64,000 bases of DNA from Eledone cirrhosa (taxonomy: Eukaryota), in the NCBI GenBank assembly GCA_964016885.1, contig OZ024743.1:323330001-323394000 (forward strand), written 5' to 3'. The notes under the pieces were generated by a model. That model was not told the DNA's origin and ran no database searches. It was given only the letters and a program-made list of their open reading frames with translations. The translations under genes and the position numbers were made by a program. Below, one piece after another: positions 13,346 through 26,830 of the stretch. Within the stretch, counting starts at the first letter, position 1. Every line of letters begins with the position of its first letter.

Positions 13346-13549
13346 TTAATTACATACTAACTTATCAGATGGAAGTGGGTAAGTCTTTAGTTTACTAATT
13401 ATTAGAAGTGATTAGGTGTTAAAGGCATTTAGATTGTATATATAGTATATTCTAATATTTATGAGAATAGTTTCTGTCTTGTTACCCTTCCTAACACTAA
13501 CCACTTAACAAAACTGTACAGTTTATTATTCACTTTCTTTATTCTTCAG

Positions 13550-13720
13550 GTGTTTACCATGTTTTCGAATGTGTGCCAGTTGTTTTGGTCTTGGGGAGAA
13601 GCAATGTTCAAGTTGTTCCAGTAATTTCATTCTTGTAAAAGGTTCTTGTTTACCCACTCCTTGTTCCATGGGATTTTACCAAGACATCAATGGAACTAGT
13701 AATAGTCCAATATGCAAAAG
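13550..13720 (+). CDS. PCSK5/furin2-like exon (CLPCFRMCASCFGLGEKQCSSCSSNFILVKGSCLPTPCSMGFYQDINGTSNSPICKR)
   Basis: TTCTTCAG acceptor, GTATTT donor; phase 2 to 2; furin-like repeat. Confidence 0.9.
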
Positions 13721-14639
13721 GTATTTAAATAACTACGAGGACCTATGTCAGTGTTTATATATATATGTATATAGTTATGTTCAGAGAGTGGGATTGGCTC
13801 TGTGTAAAGCCTTTCCTCACTTAAAAAAGTCTTCAAACACAGGCGTTTCTTGATATGTGACATTTTTTGCGATGCATGGTATTGCTGGCCATAGGCAAGT
13901 CCCTGGCAGGACTAAAAAGCCACATCCTTGATGCTCATGCCTAAGTATCAAGTGATGGCATTACTCAAAATTGAGTTGCAGCCATCATCATCATTATGTA
14001 GTTATGTATGTAAGTGTGTATCTTACCCTGGGTACATGGAAATACTCAATTTTGTGCCTGAGCACATGTTTAGCCCAATGGGAGTGAGAGATATCTGGTC
14101 CTTGTTAGGACATCATTCAAGAAGTAAAAATCTGATATAAAACCTGTAACTTGATAGCAGCCAATGATGTTGACCTGTTGTTCTTTTTGGATACCTGTCA
14201 CCATTGCTCAGAGAGTAAGATTGGTCCAGTGCAAGGCCTTCCTTAACTTAAAAAAGCTTCAAACACAGGTATCACTTGATCTAAACATTGTTCATGTATG
14301 TTGCATGAGCATGGCTGGTTGTAGCCGTATGCTATAGTGGCAGGGTTAAAAAGTCATGTTCTTGCTACTCATGTATGAGAAAAGGATCAAGTGATGGCAA
14401 TTATTGATATTGATATGTATGTATGTATCAGTAATTACATGTACTCGTTTATGTATCTGTATATGTGCATGCATATTTATGTATGTGTTTGTGTATATTT
14501 CTGTGTCTATTTGGATAATTATGTTATGCTGTTGGTGTGTATATGTGTGTATGTTTGGGAATATGTACATGCATGCCTGTTCATTTGTGTATGTATATGA
14601 ATATGTACATACATGTTTATGTGTATTATAAGGTAAGGC

Positions 14640-17600
14640 AATGCTTTCAGGCTAGTAGCCGTCTACGCCCCAACAGGGGCAGGACGGCCAGATTTCTTCA
14701 GACGTCTGGAGACCTTTCTTGGAACGTCCCGCTCTTTAGTGTTAGTGGGTGACTGGAACGGTATCTTGGATGCACGCTGGGATCGTGTGGGGCTAGTGGA
14801 TAGGGGAGGAGGGTGCAAGAGCCTCACCAACCTGCTCAGACGTTTTGAACTGTCTGACAGGTATCAACTGGATCACCCGAATGTGCCAATGTGGACATGG
14901 ACAAACCGCATCAGGTCATCCAGATCATATCTAGATAGGGTATTCTGCAGAGAACTAGATAAGGCTAGTATAAGTTGTCCACAATTTAAAATAGTCGACT
15001 ACACAGACCACAAATTTGTGATCTGTGAGATCGACATAGACAGACTTCATAGACAAGGGCCTGGTTACTGGAAGCTGAACGCGTCTTTCCCGGCGCGCAA
15101 GGCCTACAGAGACCGGATTAGCGTATTAGTTAAGCGGGCGTTGACGGGAGCGGTCGTCAACAACAGGTGGTGGTTTGCCCTGAAAAGGGTAATTAAAGTA
15201 GAGTCGATTAGGTTTAGCAAAGGAGTAGTGATAGAGGAAAATAGAGTAGAGGGAGAGCAAGTCAGAAAGCTAGAAGAGGCGTTTAGGACAGGCATCGCAA
15301 CCGACGTGCTTGCGGCGAGATTGGCACTCAACCAATTCTTCAACGTAAAACACGAAGGCTGCGTTGTCAGAGCTAGAGCGCGTGCTCTGAAACACGAGGG
15401 GACAAAAGCCGTCCAATGGGCCCGGGTGGCAGAGGCGCGACGTGGCAATAAAGCCACAATTCAGTCTTTGTCTGACCAAAATGGGTGCGTGATGCTCGAA
15501 CCCGAGCGGATGTGTGAAGCTTTTCTGCAGCACTTTGCTGAACTGTTCGGGAGCGGCAGCGGCCCGGATCGGGACATGGACTTCAGTGCATACCTCGACG
15601 GACTGCCTCGGCTCTCGACGACCGCAGCACAGTGTTGCGAAAAGCCAATAACAGCCGGTGAAATACGGGAAGCGATGACTAACTGCACAAGAGGTAAATC
15701 GTCAGGTTTAGATGGTCTGCCCTACGAGCTTTATGCATTTATGCCAGACTTGTTCGGTGACCACTTGGCAGACATCTACTGCAACTGGCAGCAGAACGGG
15801 AGCATTCCCAGTTTTGTGAGCCGGGGAGCAGTGGCGCTGCTGAGAAAAGACCCGAACAAGGGGGATGTTATTGATAATTTCAGGCTCATAACTCTGCTAA
15901 ACGCAGAGTTCAAGATTTTGGCCAAGGTGTTAGCAACGAGGTTGGCGCTTGTCGTCAAGGGTCTGGTGGGAGAGGCGCAGACATGCGCCATCCCAGACAG
16001 ATCCATACACGACAACCTCCACCTCATGCGATACATCATAGAGAGGGTGGTTAAGGAACCTGGCAAGGGTGGGGCCCTGATCAACTTGGATCAATCCAAA
16101 GCATTCGATAGGGTCAACCATCGGTACCTGGCGGCGGTCCTCGAGGCAGCCGGTTTCGGGCCCGTTTTCAGGCGTTGGATCGCAGCAATGTACAGCGACA
16201 TCTGCTCAGTTGTGAGGGTGAACGGTCACCTGTCGCAGCCGTTCAGCATCATGCGCTCAGTCCGCCAGGGTTGTCCCCTCTTGTACGTATTGGCTCTCGA
16301 GCTGTTACTGCACAAACTGGGGGCGTCCCATGGGAAATCCGAGTCGGCTTAGGCGGACGATTTCACCGTGGTGGTGTCGAGCACCAGACACGTCCAGATG
16401 CTCGGCACCGCTCTCAAGGAATACGAAACGGTGACAGGAGCAAAGATAAACCAGGAAAAGTCAGTGGGCTTGCAGCAAGGCACCTGGAGAGGCAAGTCCA
16501 TGCCATCCAACAGATGGAGAAAAACTGAAACGAGGTGACGAGCAGGGTGGCCTCCCTCACCCAGAAATGGGCTGAGAGGAAGCTGTCCCTGAAAGGCTGG
16601 GCGGAAGTGGCGAATTCGTACATCGCATCCGTCATCTGCTACCGCCTCACCGTCGTCCCTTGCTCCAGCCCAACTCTCACCAAAATGGAGTGCCTCCTCT
16701 TCCGCTTTTTGTGGAAGGGACGCGCTCCCATGGTCAGACGATCCATCTGCTGTCAACACCCGTTGCGTGGAGGACTGGGCATGCCATGGCTGATGATGCA
16801 CAAACATGCGCTGAGGCTGCGACATCTCTGGTGCTTCCTTGACGGTGAACAGGTGTGGTCGCTGTTCGCCAGGCACATTTTCCCACAGCTCGTCTCCTTG
16901 ACGGAGCTGCAGTCCTGGGTCAGAAAAAGACCGAGGGATAGCGCTTGGAAACTGGAATGTCTCCAGGCACTCACTGCCCTCTCCCAGCTGGGCACCAGTA
17001 TCGGTGGAACATCCACCTTAGCGTTTTATAGAGGACTAGTGGAGGGGAAGAGCGATGACGTTCTCGGAGAGATCCTGGGCGTCGAAGAAGATCAGCTGCT
17101 TGCTCTCTTCCGGAGAACTTTCAGCCCGGGGCCTATGGATAACTTCCAAAAATCCCTGGCCTGGCAGTGCTACCGGGGAGCGCTGCCGGTTCGAGATAAG
17201 CTCTACAGGCACGGAAGTGCCGTCAGCCGAGCCTGTCCGAGATGCGCGTATAGCGACGAAACCGTTGTGCACGCACTCGTTCAGTGCCCGAGCATTGCTG
17301 ACTTGTGGAGCTATGTCGAACAGTTGCTGTCACGTGTGGGACTGATCCGGTTGTCGACTGAGTCCATTGTGCAGATGGTCTCGCCGTCTTCCTTTGAGGA
17401 GGAAGGGCAGGCGGTTTTCATCTGCCTGGTGGCCATGGCAAAAGAGATTGTGTGGTGGACAAGGTTAAAAGGATTAAAGACAAACACTTTCCTCTTCGGC
17501 GAATCCCTGATTAACTTTTTCAAGTTTCACTTGAAGAGGAAAATCAGGGTGGAGAGACAAGTGCTGCTTTCTAGCAAGTTTGTTGAAAGGTGGGTGAATG

Positions 17601-17930
17601 TAGCGAGAATGGTCCGAGTGAACGGGACCACTCTGAATATACGTCTGTAGTTTGAGAGAGGGCGCTTGCCCTGGTAGTCAGGGTGGCCGTGGTCTTTTGT
17701 ATGGTTTTCGCCACGAGTAACCCTCGGAGGTTTTCCCCCCCTATTGGGGAATTTTTCATTGTTTCAATTTTCATTTTATTGTTTATATATATATATATGT
17801 TTTATGTCTTTTTTCTTTTCTTATATAAATAATAAAAATATTTACACGCACAAAACCCACATCGTACTGTCCTGTTCCGTCTGTGATGTTTTTCTTGATG
17901 TCAGCCCTTGTGGCCAATAAAGAAATCATT
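14640..17930 (+). mobile_element. L1/Tx1-clade LINE ORF2 (APE-RT-zf-RVT), 5'-truncated and inactivated
   Basis: VYAP, VGDWN, YLDR, TDH, GPGYWKLN, SKAFDRV, SVRQGCP; YADD is mutated to *ADD (TAG at 16350); CPRC..ETVVHALVQC; AATAAA at 17916; GC-rich relative to host. Confidence 0.92.
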
Positions 17931-18881
17931 ATTTATGTATATATCTCTATAAAGATGATTGTGTCTAGTCATGTTGATGGTGTATGTTTGCATGAACATG
18001 AATATGTATATACATCTCTTGTGCCAGGTCGCTCTTCAGCACTGCTGGTAACATATAACCCAATATAATTGGTGAATGGTTGGGTTGTTGGGGACTAAAC
18101 CAGCAACCCCACAAAGCTTGCTTGGATCAAAATCAAAACCTGTCAAAGGATGAACTCAGGAGAATCAACAGCCATACAATATTTTTTTTTGGGGGGGGTG
18201 AGAGACAGACCCCTAGTCTTCTTTAAGAGATCTTTCTAGGAGGTGACTCTGATGTAAAACCTTGACTTCATTTGTATCCAATGATGTTGACCAGTTCTAC
18301 TTTTGGGGTGAATGCATTTGGTGTTCAGAGAGCCTTTCATCACTTAAAAAAAGCTTGAAGCACAGGCATTACTTGATATCCGACATCCACTGTAAACGTG
18401 GTTGGTGTTAGGAAGGGCATCCAGCCATAGAAAACCCGCCAGACAGTCCTATACGAGCAAGACAACCAATCCAATCTTGCCTCAAGTGGGAAAACTCCCG
18501 TCCAAACCCATGCAAGTGTTAAACGATGATGATCAAGTATCAAGTGATTACTTGAAATCAAGTTGGAGCCATCATATACATATCTTTGTGTGCCTGTACA
18601 TACTTGTGTGTCCATCTTGTGAATATGTAGTTATCAGCAATCTTTCAGGGTCAAGAATGATTTTTCATCAGATCTCACTGATGTGGACCCCACCCCCCAC
18701 ACACACACATTTGACTATGTAAGTGATGTTGACATGTAAACAGGGCAACACCAATTCCATATAATAATCTTACCATGTGTGGTAGCAATGACATTTAGTA
18801 AAGCAAACATATATTCAAAGTAAAGAAGTGAAGAGGGGTATCTATTCAGAGTTATTATACATAGCTAACTACAAAATATCT

Positions 18882-19410
18882 TCTTCTTTGCCCACTTATT
18901 CCTGAGATGGTCATGGAGCAGAGTCCTCAAACACTCCCTCCAGTGAGTCCTGTTCAAAGCAACCATCTCCAAATGATCCAGCTGGATCTCCAAGTGTGAC
19001 CAACCAACCATCGTGCTCAGGTTCTACCCCGGAGTCTGCTGCCGGTTGGTTTTGCCCATAGTATCGGAGTTGCGACCTCTCAAATCGGAGAAGTAGCAAC
19101 TCCACCTGGAGTGACTCTCTTATCTCTGAGCTACGCACTTTGAATATCGTTACTCCAAAGACCCTTCAGAGGAATCCCATTTCAGCCGCTTGTATTCGCT
19201 ATCATATTCTTTCAGTCATTATCCCAGATTTATGACCATAGGTTAGGGTAGGCACGAAAACCGAATTGAAGATAGCGAGTTTGGCTTTTACACCTACCTC
19301 CCTTCTTCTGATTAATGAATGCTGAAGCAGGCACGTTACTTCACCAGCTTTTGCAATTCTTGTATTTAATTCAGCCTCCTGTCTTACATCACACGTGAAC
19401 ACGGCCCCGT
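18882..19410 (-). mobile_element. Expander/Rex3-like RTE LINE 3' fragment
   Basis: FVPTLTYGH..IMTERI, IQAAEMGFL and RSSEIRESLQVELLLLRFERSQLR motifs resemble Rex3/Expander ORF ends. Confidence 0.7.
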
Positions 19411-19603
19411 AAATTGATTAACATTAGGAAGTACAGCCAGCTACAGAAATCATGCCAAAAATGAAACATACAAGCAAGACATGATTTTCCAACCAGTCAA
19501 TACTCAACTTGTTGACAACCTGTCCAACCCATGCCAGTATGAAAATCAGACATTAAATCATGACGACGATGATGATAATACTAATGATATTATTTTTTTG
19601 TAG

Positions 19604-19731
19604 ATGTCATAAATCCTGTTTGACTTGCCGAGGTTCATCAAATTTAAACTGTATTTTATGCCAGTCTACATATATCAAGATAGAAAATGAATGCAAATTG
19701 ACTAAACCTCCCATTTTCTGTAAATCTAAAG
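19604..19731 (+). CDS. PCSK5/furin2-like exon (CHKSCLTCRGSSNLNCILCQSTYIKIENECKLTKPPIFCKSK)
   Basis: TTTTTGTAG acceptor, GTAAGA donor; phase 2 to 1; CHxSCLTCxG furin-like repeat. Confidence 0.9.
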
Positions 19732-20309
19732 GTAAGAAAAATGTACAATCATTATTAGCCTTTCTTTTGATTTTATTTTTACATGAGTTATGAAGATGTC
19801 TATTGCTTTTAACATTGTCATTTTCGTTGATCAGCAGACTTGTGATTTAAAGGCATTCCAATCATGACCATCCTATCTTATTTCTATATATCAAGCTTCA
19901 CTTTGCAGTCAGATTCCAGGTTTGTTCCTGCTGTATGGAATCTTAAGCAAGTGTCATTTACTATGGCCTTGGGTTAACCCTTGCTTTTTAAATGAAACTG
20001 GATAGGCAAAAATTGTTTGGAAGGGCTATACCTGTAATTCAAAGGGCCAGTCTTGGCACACACTGAATCTCCCTGAAAATTATGTTAAAGGTACATGTGC
20101 ATTGTTTAGTTTTAATCTTAGAAAAAAATATTTCCTTAACTTCCTCCTTTTTTAGTCATCTACTTTTGATAATTTACTCAGCAAAATAAATAAGTGAAGG
20201 CATAACCAAATGGTGAAGAAATCTATTTTACAATCAGGTATTTCTGTGTTCAATATCACTGTAAAGTGTTTTCTAACATGACCTTGCTAGCAGGGAAAAC
20301 TAATATTAA

Positions 20310-21503
20310 ATCATCATCATCATCGTTTAACGTCCCTGTTCCACACTTGCATGGGTTTGGACGGGGGGTTTTCCCACTTGAGGCAAGAGTGGTTGTCTTG
20401 CTCGCATAGGACTGTCTGGCGGGTTTTCTACAGCTGGATGCCCTTCCTAACACCAACCACATTTACAGTGTGGGGCTGGGAGGTTTTTACCGTGTTGCCT
20501 ACACGGCCACATTACAGCGTGGACTGTCTGGCGTGTTTTCTACAGCTGGATGCCCTTCCTAACACCAACCACATTTATAGTGTGGGGCTGGGAGGTTTTT
20601 ACCGTGTTGCCTACACGGTCACATTACAGCGTGGACTGTGTGTTTTTTTGTCGTGACACCTACACGATCTCGTTTGTTTCGGCCTGGATGTTGTGGCACC
20701 AACATAACTTTGCATTGAAGGGGGCGGTGTGGATGGGGTGGGACGGGGGGTGTATTTTGTTAGAGATGCCTACTGACTAGTAGGTTTTACTTTGTATTTA
20801 GGTAAGGCAGGTCTTCTCTGTTACTGAGTACCGCCAAAGGTCTCGGTCCAGTGACATTGTCTTGGAGAGGTGTAAGTGTGTGAGGTCGTTATTTATCAGC
20901 TCGTCCCAGGTTTTCCTGGGTCTGCCTACTCCGTGGCTACCATCTATCTTTATTGCCCTGCACTTTGTTATACAGCTGTCGTCTTTCATGCGCATCACGT
21001 GACCATACCAACGTAGCCTTCTCTCGAGTAAACAACATCTGATCCCTCTTATTTCTAATTTTTTCCTTAGTTCGTTTGTGCTTTGCCGTTCACGTATATT
21101 ACTATTACACATCCAGCGGAGCATGCAAGCTTTGTTCCTCTCTAGTCTGCGTATATCCTCTGCACACAATGCCCAGGTCTCACTGCCATGCAACATTGCT
21201 GTTCGTATGCAGGCATCATACAACCTGCCTTTCATTTTTAGGGAGAACCCTTTAGTGGCTAATAGTGGTATAAGCTCTCTGAACTTTTCCATCCAGTTCT
21301 GACTCGAGCTACTGTACTTTCAGAGCACCCTCCCCCACTGCTGATTTTGTCACCCAGGTAACGGAAGCTGTCCACTATTTCTATAGAACCCTCTGCGCAA
21401 TTGAAAGAGTTAGTATTTTGTGGGCACTTGCTGCTACTTATTGCACCAGAGCACCAGCCACATGTAAAATCTGTGTTCTTAGTTAGCTTACCTGTGATCC
21501 CAT
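20310..21503 (-). mobile_element. 5'-truncated RTE LINE subfamily A with ~110-bp tandem duplication in 3' UTR
   Basis: ORF pieces 21259..21606 and 20798..21292 are near-identical to 8586..9509; one frameshift; (CAT)n tail on + strand. Confidence 0.92.
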
Positions 21504-21582
21504 GTTTATTATTTGAGAAACAGCACAGAAAACCGTAACTATATACTGGTCCTTTTCTACTTAATGAGGTTGATGTAGAAAT

Positions 21583-21787
21583 CCCTTTAGCATTTAAACC
21601 GGCCATATCTGGCCAGAATTCTCTCGCCTCTTTCTGTTCAAACCGGCCATGACTGGCTGCTCATACTGATGTCAAGGTTTTGTTCTCAAAATAAATACCT
21701 AAATCTCATAGATTTGATATTATGTAAGGTAAAGCCTTTGCCACGAAAATACAATAGTATATGTAGAGTAATGTAAATACTAAAGGG
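21583..21787. mobile_element. piggyBac-type MITE
   Basis: CCCTTTAGCATTTA ... TAAATACTAAAGGG|TTAA TIRs; three copies in window. Confidence 0.7.
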
Positions 21788-21869
21788 TTAATGCTACCAA
21801 GAATTTCTGTTTATTTTGTAATATAACTTGAACATTTTTTTTTACTTTTCCTTCATTTTCTCTTTCCAG

Positions 21870-22117
21870 AATGTCTAGAAAAACTTCAAAATGAAACAGA
21901 GAAAAAAAGCGAAACAAATTTCATTTTGCTATTAGTAATTTTCATTATTATTATTTTGTTGATTTTTATATGTTTTATGATATTGTACTTCAGTCTTTCA
22001 CATCACAAATTTTGCTGGGCTAACAGATACGAAAAGGTTGGAGATCAAAGCTCAAACAAATTAGTATTAAGTGGAGATTCGGGAGATGAAGATGAAGAAA
22101 AAGTTGAAATAAAATAG
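21870..22117 (+). CDS. PCSK5/furin2-like terminal exon: TM helix and cytosolic tail (..YEKV..SGDSGDEDEEKVEIK*)
   Basis: Pyrimidine tract+CAG; phase 1; hydrophobic FILLLVIFIIIILLIFICFMILYF; the six exons total 948 nt = 315 aa + stop. Confidence 0.9.
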
Positions 22118-22138
22118 ATATGAATTATATTTGTATTC

Positions 22139-22144
22139 AATAAA
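22139..22144 (+). promoter_or_regulatory. Candidate polyadenylation signal AATAAA
   Basis: 22 nt after the stop codon, followed by T-rich sequence. Confidence 0.5.
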
Positions 22145-22269
22145 AATTATTATCTTTCATTTAATCTTATTTCTTTTTTGAAATATAAAAAAAATGCACT
22201 TGATATTGCAATATTCTGAGTGTGATTTTATGTACAATATCTACTGCAGTGAATTTGTTACCAACATTA

Positions 22270-22785
22270 AAGTCTGATGTTTATATTATTAGTCAACACT
22301 ATCAGACTGTCTGTATTATCTGATCTGATCTGGGACCAGATCTGATGTCTGTATTATTAGTCAACACTATCAGACTGCTTGTATTATCAGATCGGATCGG
22401 ATCAGATATCTGTATTATTAGTCAACACTGCCTATACTATCAGATCTGATCTGGCATCGGATTTGATGTCTGTATTAGTAGTCAAGATCAGATCCGGAAT
22501 CGGATCTGATCTAATGGCTGTATCATTAATTAACCCTATCAGACTGCCTGTTTTATAAGATCTGATCAAGGATCAGATCTGATGTCTATTAATAGTCAAC
22601 ACTATCAGACTGCCATGTATTATGAGCTGATCCTGCATCAGATCTGATGTCTATATTATTAGTCAACACTATCAGACTGCCTATATTATCAGATCTGATC
22701 TGATATGTTGTCTGTATTATTAGTCAACAGTATTAGATTGCTTTATTTTATCACATCTGATGTCTGTATTATTGTTTTTGATCTG
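22270..22785. repeat. GATC-rich minisatellite (~60-70 bp unit TCTGATGTCTGTATTATTAGTCAACACTATCAGACTG..TCAGATCTGA)
   Basis: About 7 degenerate units; contains palindromic TCAGATCTGA. Confidence 0.85.
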
Positions 22786-23594
22786 GGATGAGATTAACAC
22801 AGCTCTGTCTAGCTCAACTTGGCTTAGCTAAGCTCTCTCCACACTACCAATACTGTCCAAAGGGCAAACGCTGATACATGGCACCATTGTTGTTGCAACC
22901 CATTATATTTTCCAGCTGAGTGGATTATATGCATCGTGAAAGTAAAGTGTCTTGCTCGAGGGTACAACAAACTCGCAACCTAGTCACGAGCCTAGTACCC
23001 TTAGAACTGAGACTTAAGGGAACTGTCATCACCATTTCTCAGGAATGTGAACATTGGTTAATGCTCCCTACACACACACATCTGCTTCCAATACACAGTC
23101 ACATGTTCCCAATACATACACCAATTCACAATACACATTACACCTGTGGTTTAATTAAGGAACAAACAAAAGAACCATAATTACGTCACTTTTTCTCCTG
23201 AAACTCTGAGATAACTGCACTCCAGTACCTCCTTAGGAGACAATATATTATCTAAGGGTTTCGGTTTCTGTCTGCTGGTAGTTTGCCGATATAACGGGGG
23301 AAAATAAAAATAATAATAATGTTTCTACTTTTGGCACAAGGCCAGCAATTATCCCAGTGCATTTCTGGTGCTTTATTTTATTGACCCTGTAAGGATGAAA
23401 GGCAAAGTTAACCCAAGTGGATTTGAACTCAGAACGTAAAGGGCCATAACTATGCTACAAAGCATGGTGTCTGACGCTCTACCGATTATATATATATATA
23501 TATATATAAAAGATTGGAGGCCATATTCAGTTAGTTCCGGTTTATTTAAAACTCTTATATTTATTTCATCCAACACCTGAATTGAGGATCTACT

Positions 23595-24205
23595 CTTGTC
23601 CCTCCTCATAGTGCTGCCACCCACTCCCAGGCTCACACATTGTGACTGCATGGAGAGTGCCTGGCTCCAAAACTGGGGTGCCGCTGTGCACTGTGAGAGG
23701 GGTTTGACGCAGCCAACTGGCCTGTCCCTTCTCATAGTGGTGTCACCCAGTGGCAGGCTCCAAAACCGTGGTTCCACTGTGAGATGGGCTCAGCGCAGCC
23801 AAGTGATTTGTCGCTCCTCATAACGGTGTCATCCAGTCCCAGGCTGCCAGAGTCTGGTTTCGTATTGAGAAGTATCTGTCGCGTGGTGAATGTCCGACTT
23901 TGAAACTGGGGTGCCACTGTGAGAAGGGTTTGGCATGACCAACTGGCCTGTCCTTCCTCATAGTGGTGCCAGGCTCCCAAACTGTGGTTCCACACCTGTC
24001 CCTCCCATAATGGTGTCATCTGACTGTCCACCCCTCTTCATAACTGTGCCACCCAAAACTGTGGCTACGCTGTAAGATGGGTTAAACTCCTTGTATCAGT
24101 ACCATCTAGTACCAAGCTCCAAAACTATGAAATTATGGTTCCGTTGTGAGCTGGGTTCAGTGCGGCCAACTGGCCTGTCCTTCCTCATAATGGAGCCATC
24201 CAGTT
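23595..24205. repeat. Degenerate GC-richer ~90-110 bp tandem repeat
   Basis: Recurrent TGGCCTGTCCTTCCTCATAGTGGTG and CTCCAAAACTGGGGT motifs. Confidence 0.7.
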
Positions 24206-25516
24206 CTGCACTGTAAATGTGGCTGGTGTTAGGAAGGGCATCCAGCTGTAAAATACCCAGCCAAATTTACAGTCCTTGCTGGAGCAATGTGCAACACATG
24301 GCCAACCCTAGCCAGACTTGCCTCCTGACGTGGACAACCCGTTTAACCTATGCAAGTTTGGAAAAATTAACGTTAAACGGTGATGATGATGATGATTTAA
24401 GTGTTTGAACAGGGAGAAGTTACCATCATTGTAACTGTTTATGACACAACTGCATTGAGATGAGAATATTTCCAAGATGGTGGATCATGGTGGCTCAAAA
24501 TTGTTAATTCTCCATTGGACGCTGTGAGAAAAATGGGTACAAGGACTGAAGAAATGCCTCAGTACCTATCACATTGATTACCCCGATGACACACCATTCA
24601 CTTGTCTGTCTCTTCTTTTGAAAATCTATGCAGTGCTGATTTAGAAGTGATGGAGAAAGAACTATAACAGAACAGCATTAAACCCACCACATAATTTCCC
24701 TTGCAGTCATTGTAATCAGTGTCTGGACTTCATCAGTTACCAGAATGTCTGCAGCTAATGAGAACAACCTCTTTCATGAAGCCAATCCATGTTATGACAT
24801 TTTAAATAGAACACCCACACATATTCAAGACATTTCCCACAAAAAGGCCAACACTCTACAACCAATAATTAATTACCCAGCTATAATTTCTCTGGGTTTT
24901 TCTATAGATACTACCACTACAGCTCTCTGCTCCTCAAAAATATAATGAGCAAAACACAGTCACCTCACCTGATTTGTCTCAAATGGGACAACTCATCTAA
25001 CCCATGCTAGCATGGAAAATGGCCATTAAACGATGATGATCAAGCCTCAATATACTCACCTCTACTAATCTTCTCACCTATTTTTTTCTCCTTCGGGCTA
25101 TATTTCTTTGGGACTCACTTTAACTCTACCATTAATCTCATCATTCTCCAAAGACTGCTGATCGTCATTGAGCTGCTAAGTTTTAAGTGAATCATTACCA
25201 CTTGCTTAAACACGTCAATATATAATTAAAAACAAAAAGAAAATGCTACAAATGATGGAAATATTTAAATAGTAGATCCATTTATGAGACAACTTTTAAC
25301 TTTTGTCACATGAATTCTATTTATTAACATATTAGAAAGTTTTTTTTTTTAAATATCTTCAGAGTAAATAACAATGTTAAAAAAGTATCCTAAGAATAGA
25401 TAATGTTAAAACTGAAAGATTTTATTAATATATATTATATATATATATCTATACATACATATATTGTAATATATATACACACACACATATATTGTATATA
25501 TATATATATATACACA

Positions 25517-25557
<41 letters not shown>

Positions 25558-26004
25558 TTGGGACTGTAATTTACAATATGAATAAGTATATTCCACTTTT
25601 AAGTAAATATATTATTCAAATGCTTAGGATTTCATAAGAGTTTAACATTCGAATGGCAGTTGATTATTGTTTCTAATAAATGTATTTTACAATTCTAATA
25701 ATCTAAAAACTGAGGATTTAAAAAGACAGAAAATACATAATTTCATTTTATTAATATTTCAACAAATCATCACTAACTACTCTATAAAAAATATTTCAGC
25801 TAGAATATTTTAAATGTGTGTGTGTGTGTGTGCATGTGTTATAAAAATATCTTGTATATAAAAGTTTAATACCAAAGAAAAAACAAAACATTTTCTATTC
25901 TAATATTCTTTATATTTTGACATCTTCTCAAGTGCTTTTATAAAACATGCCAAACAGTGCTTTTTCCAACTTAGCGGTTTCCATACCTCAATAACCAATA
26001 ATTG

Positions 26005-26067
26005 TTATGCAAAAGAAAAACGATGTCGTAATGCTTTGGGATTGTTGTCTTCTTCACTTAACAAATT
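26005..26067 (-). CDS. Probable terminal coding exon of an unidentified convergent gene (NLLSEEDNNPKALRHRFSFA*)
   Basis: Long pyrimidine tract TTTCCTTTCCTTTTCTTTCTTCTCAG acceptor; non-repetitive, followed by AT-rich 3'UTR-like DNA; reading frame inferred. Confidence 0.5.
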   Translation of the reverse strand, partial: NLLSEEDNNPKALRHRFSFA

Positions 26068-26765
26068 CTGAGAAGAAAGAAAAGGAAAGGAAAATAAGTC
26101 ACTAAAAGAAAAATATATGCAATAAAAATGACATTTAATTTAGATACATGGCCAGCAATGTGTTAGTGGTGGGGTAGTTGATTAAATCAACCCCAGTACT
26201 TGACTGGTACTTTATTTTATCAATCCTGGAAGGATGAAAGGCAAAGTTGACCTTAGTGGAATATGAACTTAGAATATGAAGATCCAGAGCAAATACTTCA
26301 AGGAATTTTTCTGACACTAACAATTTGACCAAAGCATCAACCTGCAATAATAATACTAATAAAGATGCAGACAAAACAATAAAGTTGTTTTGAAATAACT
26401 ATAGGATTGTTAACATTAAAAATGTTGTTTAGGTCCTCGGTTTTCTAGTTGAGACTATATATAATAATGAAATTATTGTGTAAAGTGCTCAGGTGCACTA
26501 CAATATTATCACTAACAAGGAAAATGTGTATGAAATACAAATTCATAAATTCATTGAGCTAATGGAAAAGGCCTTAAAACAGGTACCTCATCATAAAGTG
26601 TTGCTATTAATTTTGTATATAATATATAAACCCAATAGAATTGATAAAAGATTCAAGTATATTTCACAGTAAATATATGGAAAGATATTTTTTTCAAACA
26701 TCATGAGAATACTATGACACTAATATCTGAGATCCTGCTACTCGTATTGTACTCTATTCCTAGAC

Positions 26766-26830
26766 CAGTGGCTCCCAAATAGTGTACTGTAAAATGTAGG
26801 TAAGGTGCACTGTGAAAACAATAACATTAA
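26766..26830 (+). mobile_element. Left end of hAT/Charlie-like DNA transposon
   Basis: CAGTGGCTCCCAAA TIR preceded by 8-mer TCCTAGAC. Confidence 0.55.
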
